A stretch of DNA of 64,000 nt from an uncultured Gammaproteobacteria bacterium (GCA_963839885.1 CAWIWZ010000007.1:23437-87436), one strand, 5' to 3'; counted from the first letter of the stretch, positions 30,296 to 40,766 are shown. Made by a program: numbers and translations. The notes: generated by a model not told the origin, from the sequence alone.

Positions 30296-31339
30296 GTGGT
30301 GAAGGACCTGGAGTCGCTGGTCGCGCAGCGACGCCTCGCCGGACATCGGCTCGAGCGCGGAGCTGCGCCGCGCTCGATGCCGTGCGCGTGGCCGTGCTCG
30401 GCAAGAAGGGCGAGACTCACGGAGCGGCTGAAGGGCTCGGCAAGCGCTGCCGGCGCGAAGAGCGCCGCGCGCGCGGGCGCCGCGATCAACGAGGCCAAGC
30501 AGCGCATCGAGGCCGCGCTCGATGCCCGCGCGCGCGCGAGCTCGAACGCGGTCGACGCTGTCACGCGAGCTCGCGGCCGGCGCGATCGACGTCACGCTGC
30601 CCGGTCGCGGGCAGGCCGTCGGCGGCCTGCATCCCGTGACGCGCACGCGCCTGCGCATCGAGGCGATCTTCCGGCAGCGCCGGGTTCAGCTCGCGGAAGG
30701 GCCGGAAATCGAGGACGACTTCCACAACTTCGAGGCGCTCAACATTCCCGCCGACCATCCGGCGCGCGCGATGCACGACACCTTCTATTTCGGCGACGGG
30801 CGGCTGCTGCGCACGCACACGTCGCCGGTGCAGATCCGCGCGATGAAGCTGCGCAGGCGTGCCGATCCGCGTCATCGCGCCCGGCCCGGTCTATCGCCGC
30901 GACTCCGACGTCACGCATTCGCCGATGTTTCACCAGGTCGAAGGCCTGGTGGTCGACGAGGACATCAGCCTCGCCAACCTGAAGGGCATGCTGTCGGGAT
31001 TCGCGCAGCAGTTCTTCGAGAAGCCGCGCGGGCTGCGCTTCCGGCCTCGTATTTCCCGTTCACCGAACCGTCGGCCGAAGTGGACATCCAGTGCGTGTTC
31101 TGCGACGGCGCGGGCTGCCGCGATCTGCAAGCAGACGGGCTGGCTCGAGGTCCTGGGCTGCGGCATGGTGCACCCGAACGTGCTGCAACGCCTGCGGCGT
31201 CGATGCCGACGCGCTGGCAGGGCTATGCCTTCGGCATGGGCATCGAGCGCCTGGCGATGCTGCGCTACGCCGTCAACGACCTGCGGCTCTTCTTCGAGAA
31301 CGACCTGCGCTTCCTGCGCGCAGTTCAACCGGGGGCTGA
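30296..31339 (+). pseudogene. pheS: Phenylalanine--tRNA ligase alpha subunit, with several frame breaks.
   Basis: [158 protein letters not shown]. The end depends on a G5 run at 31331-31335. Confidence 0.88.
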
Positions 31340-31343
31340 CGAC

Positions 31344-33738
31344 ATGCGAAGGTCAGTCTTGCCTGGCTCCGCGAATGGGTCGAGACCGGCTGGGACGCCG
31401 CGGACGCTCGCCGCATCGCCTGACCATGGCGCGGTATCGAAGTCGAGGCGATCGAGCCGGCGGCGCCGCCATTCTCCGGCGTCGTCGTCGGCGAGGTGCT
31501 GTCGACGCGAGCGGCATCCGGACGCCGACAAGCTGACCGTCTGCCGGGTCGCCGGCGCTGGCACGCCGCTGCAGATCGTCTGCGGCGCATCGAACGTGCG
31601 TGCCGGACTCAAGACGCCGCTCGCGCTCGAAGGCGCGGTGCTGCCGGGCGGGCTCGAGATCCGGCGCGCCAGCCTGCGCGGCGTCGAGTCCGCGGGCATG
31701 CTCTGTTCGGGCCGCGAACTCGGCCTGTCGGACGAGCAGCGAAGGCATCCTCGAACTTGCCGGCCGATCTCGAGACCGGCAGCGCCGCTTCGCGAGGCCC
31801 TCGGTCTCGACGACATCGTGCTGACGCTGAACGTGACGCCGAACCGCGGCGACGTGCAGTCGATGATCGGCGTCGCGCGCGAGGTCTCGGCGATCGCCGA
31901 CCGCAGGCTGACGGCGCCGCCGATGCAGCCCGTGCCCGCGGCCGACCGCACGAAATTTCCGGTCCGCCTTGAGGCGCCGGCCGGCTGCCCGCGCTTCGCC
32001 GGCCGCGTGATCGAGGGCATCGATCCCGCGGTGCGCACGCCGGTGTGGATGCGCGAGCGCCTGCGCCGCGCCGGCTTGCGCCCGATCAGCCCGGTCGTCG
32101 ACGTCACGAATTACGTGATGCTGGAACTCGGCCAGCCCCTGCATGCCTACGACCTGCGCCGCCTTGCGGTCGCATATCGAGGTGCGAAACGCCCGCGCCG
32201 GCGAGCGACTGAAGCTGCTGGACGGCCGCGAGATCGCGCTTGGATCGCGACGTGCTGGTGATCGCCGACGAATCGGGACCGGTCGGCCTGGCTGGCATCA
32301 TGGGCGGGGAAAAGAGCGGCATCGCGTCCGACACGACCGATGTGTTCCTGGAAGTGGCGTTCTTTCCGCCGGATGCGATCGCCGGCCGCGCGCGACGCTA
32401 CGGCCTCGTGACCGACGCGTCGCAGCGTTTCGAGCGCGGCGTGGACCCGCGCGGGCAGGAGCGCGCGATCGAACGCGCGACGCAGCTGCTGACCGCTATC
32501 GCGGGCGGCAGCCCGGGCCCGAGCAGTTCTGACGCAGGCCGAGGCGCAGCAGCCGCAAGCGGCCGAGCGTGACGCTCCGACCCGACCGTGTCGCGAGCCT
32601 GCTCGGCGTGCAGATTCCGCGCATCGAGATCGAAGCGATCCTGCGCCGGCTCGGCATGCAGGTCACGCGGCGCCGGCGACGTGCTCGGCGTGATTCCGCC
32701 GAGCCATCGCTTCGACATCGCGATCGAGCAGGACCTGATCGAGGAAATCGGGCGCATTTACGGTTACGACGAGATTCCCGGCAGAGACGCGCAGGTCCCG
32801 CAGCGCGCGCAGCCGGCGACCGAGACAGGCAGTGACGCGCGAGCGGCTGCGGCTGCTGCTCGTCGACCGCGGTTACCAGGAAGCGATCACCTACGGTTTC
32901 GTCGATGCGCGCGCTGCAGCGTCTGCTGTTTCCGCAGGCGCGCGCGCTGGCGCTCGCCAATCCGATATCCGCCGAGCTCGGTGAGATGCGCGTCTCGCTG
33001 TGGCCGGGACTGGTCGAGGCCTGCCGCTTCAATCTGCGCCGGCAGCAGGACCGCATTCGCCTGTTCGAGGTCGGCACGTGCTTCGTAATGCGAGGGCAGC
33101 GCGGCTCGTCGAGAGTCAGTCGATCGCCGGCCTCGTCAGCGGACCGGTGCTGCCGGAACAATGGGGCGCGGAGAATCGCGATGCGGATTTCTTCGATCTC
33201 AAGTCCGACGTCGAAGCGCTGTTCGCGCTGACCGGCACGGCAGGCGTCAATAAGTTACGTGGCCGCGGCGCGCGACAGCTCTGCATCCTGGCCGCAGCGC
33301 GACGATCGTGGACGGCAAGCGCCGGTGGGCTGGCTCGGTCAACTGCAACCGGAGCTCGCGCGCAAGCTCGAAATGCGCGATCCGCCGTGGCTGTTCGAGA
33401 TCGCGATCGAACCGAGCTTCTATGCGGAAGTACCTGTATTCGCGGATATTTCAAGGTACCCGCTGATCCGTCGCGACCTGGCGGTGGTGGTCGACGAATC
33501 CGTCACGCTGGACGAACTGCGCCGCAGCGTTAATCTGGCCGCAAAAGGCCTGTTGCGGGAACTTCACGTATTCGACGTGTACCGGGGGAAGGGGATAGAA
33601 GCCGGTCGAAAAAGCATCGCTTTAGGCTTGATTTTACAGGAAACTTCTCGCACCCTTACTGACGGGGAGGCCGACACCGTGATTGCAGCGGTCGTCGAGC
33701 GCGTCAAAGGTGACCTGAAGGCGGGGATCCGGGAATAG
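31344..33738 (+). pseudogene. pheT: Phenylalanine--tRNA ligase beta subunit, with about 10 or more frame breaks.
   Basis: [190 protein letters not shown]. These are scattered over all three frames. Confidence 0.9.
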
Positions 33739-33743
33739 TCCGA

Positions 33744-34040
33744 ATGGCATTGACCAAGGCGGAAATCGCCGAAGCGCTGTTCAATCAGCTCGGCTTGAAC
33801 AAACGCGAGGCGCGTGAACTCGTCGATCTCTTTTTCGAGGAGATCCGCGCGGCGCTCGCAACCGGCGAACAGGTCAAGCTGTCGGGCTTCGGCAACTTCG
33901 ACCTGCGCGACAAGAATCAGCGCCCGGGCAGGAATCCCAAGACCGGCGAGGAAATTCCGATTTCCGCGCGACGCGTCGTCACATTCCGGCCCGGCCAGAA
34001 GCTGAAGGCGCGCGTCGAAGCGTATGCTGGAAGCAAGTAA
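33744..34040 (+). CDS. ihfA: Integration host factor alpha subunit.
   Basis: Intact: [73 protein letters not shown]. Confidence 0.92.
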   Translation: MALTKAEIAEALFNQLGLNKREARELVDLFFEEIRAALATGEQVKLSGFGNFDLRDKNQRPGRNPKTGEEIPISARRVVTFRPGQKLKARVEAYAGSK

Positions 34041-34381
34041 CAACAAGGACCTGCCGGCGATCCCGGCGAAGCGCTACTTCACGATCGGTGAAGTCAGCGA
34101 TCTGTGCGGCGTGAAGCCGCACGTGCTGCGTTACTGGGAACAGGAATTCCCGCAGCTCAAGCCCGTCAAGCGCCGCGGCAACCGCCGCTATTACCAGCGC
34201 CAGGACGTGCATCACGATCCGCCAGATCCGCAGCCTCCTCTACGACGAGGGCTTCACGATCGGCGGAGCGCGCAACCGCCTCGAAGGCGACGAGGCGCGC
34301 GAGGACAACACGCAGAGCCGGCAGGTCATCCGCCAGGTGCGGGCCGAGCTCGAGGAATTGCTCCGCATCCTGCGCCGCTGA
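34024..34381 (+). pseudogene. MerR-family transcriptional regulator (conserved ihfA-downstream gene). One frame break near 34205-34212.
   Basis: [47 protein letters not shown], then shifted [26 protein letters not shown]...[11 protein letters not shown], with the stop at 34379-34381. Confidence 0.75.
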
Positions 34382-34417
34382 TTCCGGCCTCCGCCGGATC
34401 GGCTATCATTCTTCCGT

Positions 34418-34494
34418 CGGAGCGTGGCGCAGTCTGGTAGCGCACTTGCATGGGGTGCAAGGGGTCCCGGGTTCAAATCCCGGCGCTCCGACCA
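34418..34494 (+). tRNA. tRNA-Pro (anticodon GGG), CCA encoded.
   Basis: CGGAGCGTGGCGCAGTCTGGTAGCGCACTTGCATGGGGTGCAAGGGGTCCCGGGTTCAAATCCCGGCGCTCCGACCA. Anticodon loop ATGGGGT. Confidence 0.9.
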
Positions 34495-34510
34495 ATTCAA
34501 CTCCCGCGAC

Positions 34511-35803
34511 TCAGCTCTCTTCAGGCGCCTTGATGTGCCGGAAGCTCCAGAGCAATGCGAAGTCGTAGACGATTTTCAGTGCCCCGCAGATGATCAGCGG
34601 CCAGGCGAAGTAGCCCGCGGCGAACAACGCACCGGCGATCGCGGGGCTTGCCGCAGCCGCAAGACTTCGTGGCACCGTCGTTACACTCGCGGCAGCCGCG
34701 CGTTCGGGCGGCGTCACAACCGCCATCACGTAGGACGAGCGCGCCGGCACGTCCATCTGCGAGAGCGCCGCACGCACCAGCAGCAAGGCGAGCGCGAGCT
34801 TGAGGCTCGGCGAAAGCGCCGCGCCAATCAGGCAGACGTTCGCCGGAATGTGCGTGAAGACCATTGTATTGACGAGCCCGAAGCGCCGGGCCAGCCAGGC
34901 CGCCGCAGGGAATGAAAATGCCGCAAGCAGGCCGGACCAGAAAAAGAACGTGGCTGCGGCCCCGAGTGACAGCCCGAACTTCGTGAAGAGCCACAGGGCG
35001 AGCAGGGACTGCACGGCAAAGCCGCCGGCGAATGCATCGATGCTGAACAGCGCAGCCAGGCGGTAGACGATGTTTCGGGAAGGGCCTAGCGGCGTTTTCG
35101 GTGCCACGGTGGCCGCAGCGGCGGCGCGCGGCGCCTGGCGGTACAGCAGGCCGCCAGCGATGCCGAGCAGCGCATACACGACGAACATGACCTTCAGCGC
35201 GCCGAGTTTCGTCCAGCCCATCGTGACGAGCGCATCGGGACTCGCCGCGGCGAGTGAACCGAACGCCGCAGCGAGCGCACCCGCCAGGCTGTAGAACGCG
35301 AACATGCGCGTGCGCGCCGAGTCCCGGACCGTTCCGGCCAGCAACGCGTGTTCCAGAGGCACGAATATGCTGACGCTGCCGGCCGAGGGATTGATCGTGC
35401 CGACGAACGCGACCAGCAGCAGCACGGCGTACGACTGGGCCGCCGCGAATGCGATCCCGGTTACGACCATGAGGCCGGACGCCAGGATGAGCAGCGTGCG
35501 CTCGGCATGGCGCGCGCCGATGAGGCCGATGCCAAGCGTCATCAGCGCGGAACCGAAGAGGGCCGCCGTTGAGAGGACGCCGACTTCGAACGCGCCGAAA
35601 CCGAGTTCCGTCAGGTAGACGACGAGCAGAACCGCGACGAATCCGTCGCCGAAGTCCCGCAACGCGCGGGCAGCAAAGAGGAGAGTCGCGGGACCCGGCT
35701 GCCGGATTGGCACGCCGGGCCCCGCGAGTTTCGGATCGGTGGCCGTTTCCGTTACGGATTCTGCGATGTGATATCCCAAATGTAGTCGGTGTGATCGCCG
35801 CAA
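34511..35803 (-). CDS. MFS transporter.
   Basis: 430-aa ORF with about 12 hydrophobic segments. The annotated start overlaps the upstream gene by 52 nt. An in-frame GTG at 35712 (VPIRQPGPATLLF) is an alternative start. Confidence 0.7.
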   Translation of the reverse strand: MRRSHRLHLGYHIAESVTETATDPKLAGPGVPIRQPGPATLLFAARALRDFGDGFVAVLLVVYLTELGFGAFEVGVLSTAALFGSALMTLGIGLIGARHAERTLLILASGLMVVTGIAFAAAQSYAVLLLVAFVGTINPSAGSVSIFVPLEHALLAGTVRDSARTRMFAFYSLAGALAAAFGSLAAASPDALVTMGWTKLGALKVMFVVYALLGIAGGLLYRQAPRAAAAATVAPKTPLGPSRNIVYRLAALFSIDAFAGGFAVQSLLALWLFTKFGLSLGAAATFFFWSGLLAAFSFPAAAWLARRFGLVNTMVFTHIPANVCLIGAALSPSLKLALALLLVRAALSQMDVPARSSYVMAVVTPPERAAAASVTTVPRSLAAAASPAIAGALFAAGYFAWPLIICGALKIVYDFALLWSFRHIKAPEES

Positions 35804-36507
35804 ATGCCAGTCAAGGTCTCGCCAAGCGGATTATCGATCATCGCCTGGACGAGACCGTCCCGCGCCTCCATCAGCGCTTTGGTGTCAGTGGCACTGATGG
35901 TTGCAAGCCTGCGATAGCTACCGCCGACGATGTGTTCGTTCCAACCCCAGGTCTTGAGCTTGCCGTCGGCGACCATCTTGTCGAGGACCGGTCCGAACAC
36001 TTGTGTGATCAGCGCATCGGCTTCGGCCTCGCGCCCCTGATCGCAGACATAGTAGGTCGAGAATGATGCGGCGCCGCGCGCCACCGTGCCGATGTTGCCG
36101 GCAACCGCACGCCAGATGTAATCGTCGTGGGAATTGCAGATCCTGCCGAATTCCTCGCTGAGCTTCTTGTCCTTCGCATCGACCTGGTCGCCGATCTTCT
36201 TCTGTGCGTCGAGCAGACCCTGGACGGAATCGGATCCGTAATACATGGCGCGGCGCCACTTGCCTCCGGTGTGATGGGCCAGCCAGCCCCAACTCTTGAT
36301 CGTGCCGTCGGCGACGGCGGCGTCATAGATAGGCTTCTGGACCGCGGCGAATATCTCATCCGCGCGTTCCTGCTTCGTCACGTCGCAAACGTGATACGTG
36401 GAGTAGGTAAACCGCTCGGCGGCCTTGTCCTGTGCAAATGCCGCGCTGCCGAACAGCAGGCATGCACACGCTTGGAGCACGATCGCTCCGTAAAACGACG
36501 TTTTCAT
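35752..36507 (-). CDS. Secreted hypothetical protein built from two diverged copies of a domain of about 105 aa.
   Basis: Signal peptide MKTSFYGAIVLQACACLLFGSAAFA. Repeat 1 is FTYSTYHVCD...VADGTIKSWGW...ICNSHDDYIW. Repeat 2 is FSTYYVCD...VADGKLKTWGW...ICGDHTDYIW. Confidence 0.6.
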   Translation of the reverse strand: MKTSFYGAIVLQACACLLFGSAAFAQDKAAERFTYSTYHVCDVTKQERADEIFAAVQKPIYDAAVADGTIKSWGWLAHHTGGKWRRAMYYGSDSVQGLLDAQKKIGDQVDAKDKKLSEEFGRICNSHDDYIWRAVAGNIGTVARGAASFSTYYVCDQGREAEADALITQVFGPVLDKMVADGKLKTWGWNEHIVGGSYRRLATISATDTKALMEARDGLVQAMIDNPLGETLTGICGDHTDYIWDITSQNP

Positions 36508-36578
36508 TGTGTTCTCCCTAATTCACGGGCTATTGCTGGCCCGTTGACAGCGCGCGAATTATAGACCCGCGCCGTCGG

Positions 36579-39170
36579 ATGATTCCGACATCATTCCGGT
36601 GCCGGTCCCCGTTGACCGGCCGCCACACCCGGGGCGACTGTGTGAGAGTGCCGCCCAGAAAACTCTCCCGCTACCGGGCCAAGCGCGATTTCACGCGCAC
36701 GACCGAGCCGAGCGGGTCGGGCAGGTCCGCGGCGACGCCGAGGTCCCGGCGCTACGTGATCCAGAAACACGCGGCCCGGCGGCTCCATTACGATCTGCGG
36801 CTCGAGTTTGGCGGCGTCTTCAAGTCCTGGGCGGTCACCAAGGGGCCGTCACTCGATCCGCACGACAAGCGCCTTGCAGTCGAGGTCGAGGATCATCCAC
36901 TTGACTATGGCGACTTCGAAGGCACGATTCCGAAAGGCGAATATGGCGGCGGCACCGTGCAGCTCTGGGATCGCGGAACCTGGATTCCAGAGCCCGGCCG
37001 GTCCGTGCAGGCGTCGCTGAAATCGGGCGAGCTCAAATTCACACTGCTGGGCGAGCGCTTGAAAGGTGGATGGGTGCTCGTGCGCATGAAGCACGATCGC
37101 ACGGGCGGCAAACGCAACAACTGGCTGCTGATCAAGCATCGCGACCGCTTCGCGAAGCGAAGGCCGGCGATGCGCTGCTCAGGGCCGATCGCTCGGTCGC
37201 GAGCGGGCGCACGATGGCGCAGATCGCGCGCCGGCAAAGCCGCGCAAGCGCGGCGGCGCAAGGACCGACGTCCGCGCGCGGAGCGCAGTGCCGCCCGCAT
37301 TCATGCGCCGCAACTGGCGAAACTCGTGGAGCGCGCGCCCGCGGGAAGCGGGTGGGGACACGAGATCAAGTTCGACGGCTACCGCATGCAGATGCGCGTC
37401 GTCGAGGGTGCGGTCACACTGAAAACCCGCAACGGCCTCGACTGGACCGGCCGGTTTCCGGAGATCGCACGCACAGGGCAGGCATTGCCCGACTGCCTGA
37501 TCGACGGAGAGATCGTTGCGCAGGACAAGCGCAACGTGCCGAGTTTTTCCCGCTTGCAAGCTGCGCTGTCCGAACAGAGGACCGCCGGCCTCGTCTACTT
37601 CGTATTCGACCTCCTGTTCGCCGACGGCGTGGACTACCGCGGCGAGGCGCTGACCGAACGAAAATCCCGCCTGAATAACTTGCTGCGAAAATCTCGCGGT
37701 CACCGCATGCGTTACGTGGAGCACTTCGAGACCGCGCCGGAGGCCATCCTCCGTTCCGCCTGCCGCATGGCGCTCGAGGGCGTCATCTCGAAACGCCTGG
37801 ATGCCCCTTACCGGTCGGGACGCGGCGAGAGCTGGCTGAAAACGAAATGCCGAGCCGGCCAGGAAGTCGTGATCGGCGGTTGGACGGTGCGCTCCGGACG
37901 GTTGCGTTCGTTGCTGGTCGGCGTGCATCGCGGCAAGCACCTGGCCTATGTGGGCCGCGTCGGTACCGGTTTCGGCGAGCGTGCCGTCAAGCCATTGCTC
38001 AAGCGGCTGCGTGGGCTGGCTACCGAACGCAGTCCTTTTTCCGGCGAGAACGCTCCGGCCGCGTCGTCCGACATTCGCTGGGTGAGGCCCGAGCTCGTCG
38101 CGGAGATCGAATTTGCCGGCTGGACTGGTTCGGGCATGGTCCGGCAGGCTGCATTCAAAGGCCTGCGCGAGGACAAGCCGCCCGCTGACATCGGCGACGA
38201 ACCGGTGCTGCGCGTCGGCGCGGCAAAGAAAGGGCGGAATGAGGCAAGCCGGACTCGCGGCAGGACCGACGAGGTCATGGTCCAAGGCGTTGCAATCACC
38301 AACGCGGACAAAGCGCTGTGGCCGCATGCCGGTGACCGGCGGCCAGTGACCAAAGAAGATCTCGCGCGATACGACGCGGCCATCGGTCCCTGGATGGTTG
38401 AACACCTGAAGGGAAGGCCCTGCTCGATCATCCGTGCACCGGATGGCATTGGCGGGCAGCGCTTCTTCCAGCGGCACGCGATGCAGGGCACCTCGAGCCT
38501 CATCGACCTGGCGAAAGTCAAAGGCGAGCGGCGACCGTATCTCCAGCTCAACCGGGTCGAGGCTGTCGTCGCAGTCGCGCAGAGCGGCGGCATCGAGTTG
38601 CACCCTTGGAACAACAAGCCCGGCGAGCCCGACGTGCCGGGCCGTTTCGTCTTCGATCTCGATCCGGCGCCGGACGTCGATTTTGCACGTGTCCTGGAAG
38701 CGGCCCGGGAATTGCGCGAGCGTCTCGAACGGCTCGGGCTCGTGCCGTTCTGCAAGACGACCGGCGGCAAGGGGCTGCACGTGGTGACCCCGCTGGCGCA
38801 GCCGCGACGCGGCCGCCTTGCCTGGCCGGAAGCCAAGGATTACGCGCGCGCCGTCTGCGCGGAGATGGCGGCTGACAGTCCGGATCGTTACGTCATTACG
38901 ATGTCGAAGCAGGCGCGGGTGGGGCGAATCTTTCTCGATTACCTGAGAAATGGTCACAAGGCGACGGCCGTCGCGCCGTTGTCGCCGCGCGCGCGAGAGG
39001 GCGCGACGGTATCGATGCCGATCGACTGGGGCCAAGTCCGCGCGGGTCTCGATCCCGCGCGATACACGGTCCGCACCGCACCCGCACTGCTTGCAAAGCA
39101 GATGCCATGGAGCGATTACGCAAAGGGGGCGCGGCCACTGAATGCCATCCGCACGAGGAAACGACCATGA
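36579..39170 (+). CDS. ligD: Multidomain ATP-dependent DNA ligase LigD (phosphoesterase - ligase - polymerase/primase order).
   Basis: PE domain (YVIQKHAARRLHYDLRLEFGGVFKSWAVTKGPS, DYGDFEGTIPKGEYGGGTV). Ligase (WGHEIKFDGYRMQ, EGVISKRLDAPY). Pol (PCSIIRAPDGIGGQRFFQRH, FVFDLDP, KTTGGKGLHV). The true start is probably GTG 36642 or 36648. The ORF is open, but 37150-37320 is locally out of frame (see findings). Confidence 0.88.
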   Translation: MIPTSFRCRSPLTGRHTRGDCVRVPPRKLSRYRAKRDFTRTTEPSGSGRSAATPRSRRYVIQKHAARRLHYDLRLEFGGVFKSWAVTKGPSLDPHDKRLAVEVEDHPLDYGDFEGTIPKGEYGGGTVQLWDRGTWIPEPGRSVQASLKSGELKFTLLGERLKGGWVLVRMKHDRTGGKRNNWLLIKHRDRFAKRRPAMRCSGPIARSRAGARWRRSRAGKAAQARRRKDRRPRAERSAARIHAPQLAKLVERAPAGSGWGHEIKFDGYRMQMRVVEGAVTLKTRNGLDWTGRFPEIARTGQALPDCLIDGEIVAQDKRNVPSFSRLQAALSEQRTAGLVYFVFDLLFADGVDYRGEALTERKSRLNNLLRKSRGHRMRYVEHFETAPEAILRSACRMALEGVISKRLDAPYRSGRGESWLKTKCRAGQEVVIGGWTVRSGRLRSLLVGVHRGKHLAYVGRVGTGFGERAVKPLLKRLRGLATERSPFSGENAPAASSDIRWVRPELVAEIEFAGWTGSGMVRQAAFKGLREDKPPADIGDEPVLRVGAAKKGRNEASRTRGRTDEVMVQGVAITNADKALWPHAGDRRPVTKEDLARYDAAIGPWMVEHLKGRPCSIIRAPDGIGGQRFFQRHAMQGTSSLIDLAKVKGERRPYLQLNRVEAVVAVAQSGGIELHPWNNKPGEPDVPGRFVFDLDPAPDVDFARVLEAARELRERLERLGLVPFCKTTGGKGLHVVTPLAQPRRGRLAWPEAKDYARAVCAEMAADSPDRYVITMSKQARVGRIFLDYLRNGHKATAVAPLSPRAREGATVSMPIDWGQVRAGLDPARYTVRTAPALLAKQMPWSDYAKGARPLNAIRTRKRP

Positions 39171-40096
39171 GCAAGCGAAAAGCGCGAACGGGCACGAAAC
39201 GGAAAAGCCGGACCGCGGCGACGCAGAATGGCGAGGAGGGCGGCAAGGGTGCGCGCCGCGCGTTGTGGCGGGGAGCGGTCGCATTCGGGCTCGTCTACAT
39301 CCCCGTGCATCTGTACTCGGCCGCACGCGAAAGCACGCTGGACCTCGACCTGCTCGACAGCCGGGATTTTTCGCCGGTGGGCTACCAGCGCTACAACAAG
39401 CGCACGGGCAAGATCGTGGAGTGGGCGGACATCGTGAAGGGCTACCAATACCGGAAGGGTGCATACGTCGCGCTGTCAGACGAGGATTTCCGCCAGGCGA
39501 ATGTCGAAGCGTCGCAGACCATCGACATCGACAGCTTCGCCGAGCGCGTCGACATCCCGCCCGAGTACTACGAACAGCCGTATTACCTGGAACCGGCGAG
39601 CGGCGGTGACAAGACCTATGCGCTGCTGCGCGAGGCACTGCTGAAATCCGGCAAGCTCGCGATCGGCAGCTTCGTCATGCGAAGCCGCCAGCACTACTGC
39701 GCGGTGCTCGCGCAGGAGCGCGTGTTGCTGCTGAACACGCTGCGCTTCGCCGAAGAATTGCGCCCCGCCGCCGAACTGGACCTGCCGCCTGCGAGTGTCC
39801 GGTCGGCGAAGATCTCCGCGCGTGAGCTGTCGATGGCGACGCGACTGATCGAGGAGATGAGCGGCGCCTGGAAGCCGGACGCCTTCGAGGACAGCTACCG
39901 CAAGGACCTGATGCGGCGCATCCGGGAGAAGATCCGCAAGCGTCAGACGCACCTGCTGACACCCGATGCGGAACCGGAGGAAGAGACGCCCCGGACTGCC
40001 GAAATCATCGATCTGACCGCGATTCTCCGAAAGAGCCTCGAAAGCCGCGGCACGAAGGCGCCGCCGCGGAGGACGAAGCGCCGTGCGCGCGGGTGA
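39167..40096 (+). CDS. ku: Ku protein (NHEJ DNA-end binding).
   Basis: LWRGAVAFGLVYIPVHLYSA, PVGYQRYNKRTGKIVEW, YYLEPASGGDKTYALLREAL, plus a basic C-terminal tail. ATG 39167 overlaps the ligD stop (ATGA). A TTG about 96 nt downstream is an alternative start. Confidence 0.88.
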   Translation: MSKRKARTGTKRKSRTAATQNGEEGGKGARRALWRGAVAFGLVYIPVHLYSAARESTLDLDLLDSRDFSPVGYQRYNKRTGKIVEWADIVKGYQYRKGAYVALSDEDFRQANVEASQTIDIDSFAERVDIPPEYYEQPYYLEPASGGDKTYALLREALLKSGKLAIGSFVMRSRQHYCAVLAQERVLLLNTLRFAEELRPAAELDLPPASVRSAKISARELSMATRLIEEMSGAWKPDAFEDSYRKDLMRRIREKIRKRQTHLLTPDAEPEEETPRTAEIIDLTAILRKSLESRGTKAPPRRTKRRARG

Positions 40097-40227
40097 TCGG
40101 GTGCGCGAAGTCGCGCGATGGTCGCGTCCTACAGCAACATCGGAAGACTGGCGACAAGGACGGCTCTGGGCGGCTCCTAGACTGCCGTGGAACGCAATGG
40201 CTCGGATGCCAAAACAAGGGGACTCAC

Positions 40228-40764
40228 ATGGAAAGGACGCACAGTTCTGCAACACAAGCCGCAGCCCGCCGGCGCCGCGCGGGCTCGAAGGACGCGATCG
40301 CACTGCTGAAGGCAGACCACCGGGAAGTCGAAAGCTGGTTCGCGCAATTCAAGCGCACGCGCAGCGATGCCCGCAAGCAGCAGCTCGCCGAAAAGATCTG
40401 CAACGCGCTGAGAGTTCATACGACGATTGAGGAGGAGATTTTTTATCCGGCATTCCTGGCAGCGACCCATGACAAGGAACTGCACCACGAAGCCGAAGTC
40501 GAACACGCGGGGGCGAAGAAGCTTATTGCCGAGATCGAAGGCGCGAATCCGGGCGACGACTATTACGACGCCAGGGTCAAGGTGCTGTCCGAGATGATCA
40601 AGCACCACGTCAAGGAAGAGGAAAAGCCGGGCGGCATGTTCGCGGAGGCTCGCAAGTCGGACATGGATCTCGAAGACATCGGCGAACAGTTGAAGCAGCG
40701 CAAGACGCAGCTCAAGAACGGCGGATCGCGCAAGGGGTTATCGGAGACGCTGTTCGGTTCCTGA
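40228..40764 (+). CDS. Hemerythrin-domain protein.
   Basis: DAIALLKADHREVESWFAQF, HTTIEEEIFYPAF, HHEAEVEHAGAKKLI, MIKHHVKEEE. His/Glu iron-ligand spacing is typical of hemerythrin-like cation-binding domains. GGGGA lies before ATG 40228. Confidence 0.75.
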   Translation: MERTHSSATQAAARRRRAGSKDAIALLKADHREVESWFAQFKRTRSDARKQQLAEKICNALRVHTTIEEEIFYPAFLAATHDKELHHEAEVEHAGAKKLIAEIEGANPGDDYYDARVKVLSEMIKHHVKEEEKPGGMFAEARKSDMDLEDIGEQLKQRKTQLKNGGSRKGLSETLFGS

Positions 40765-40766
40765 GC

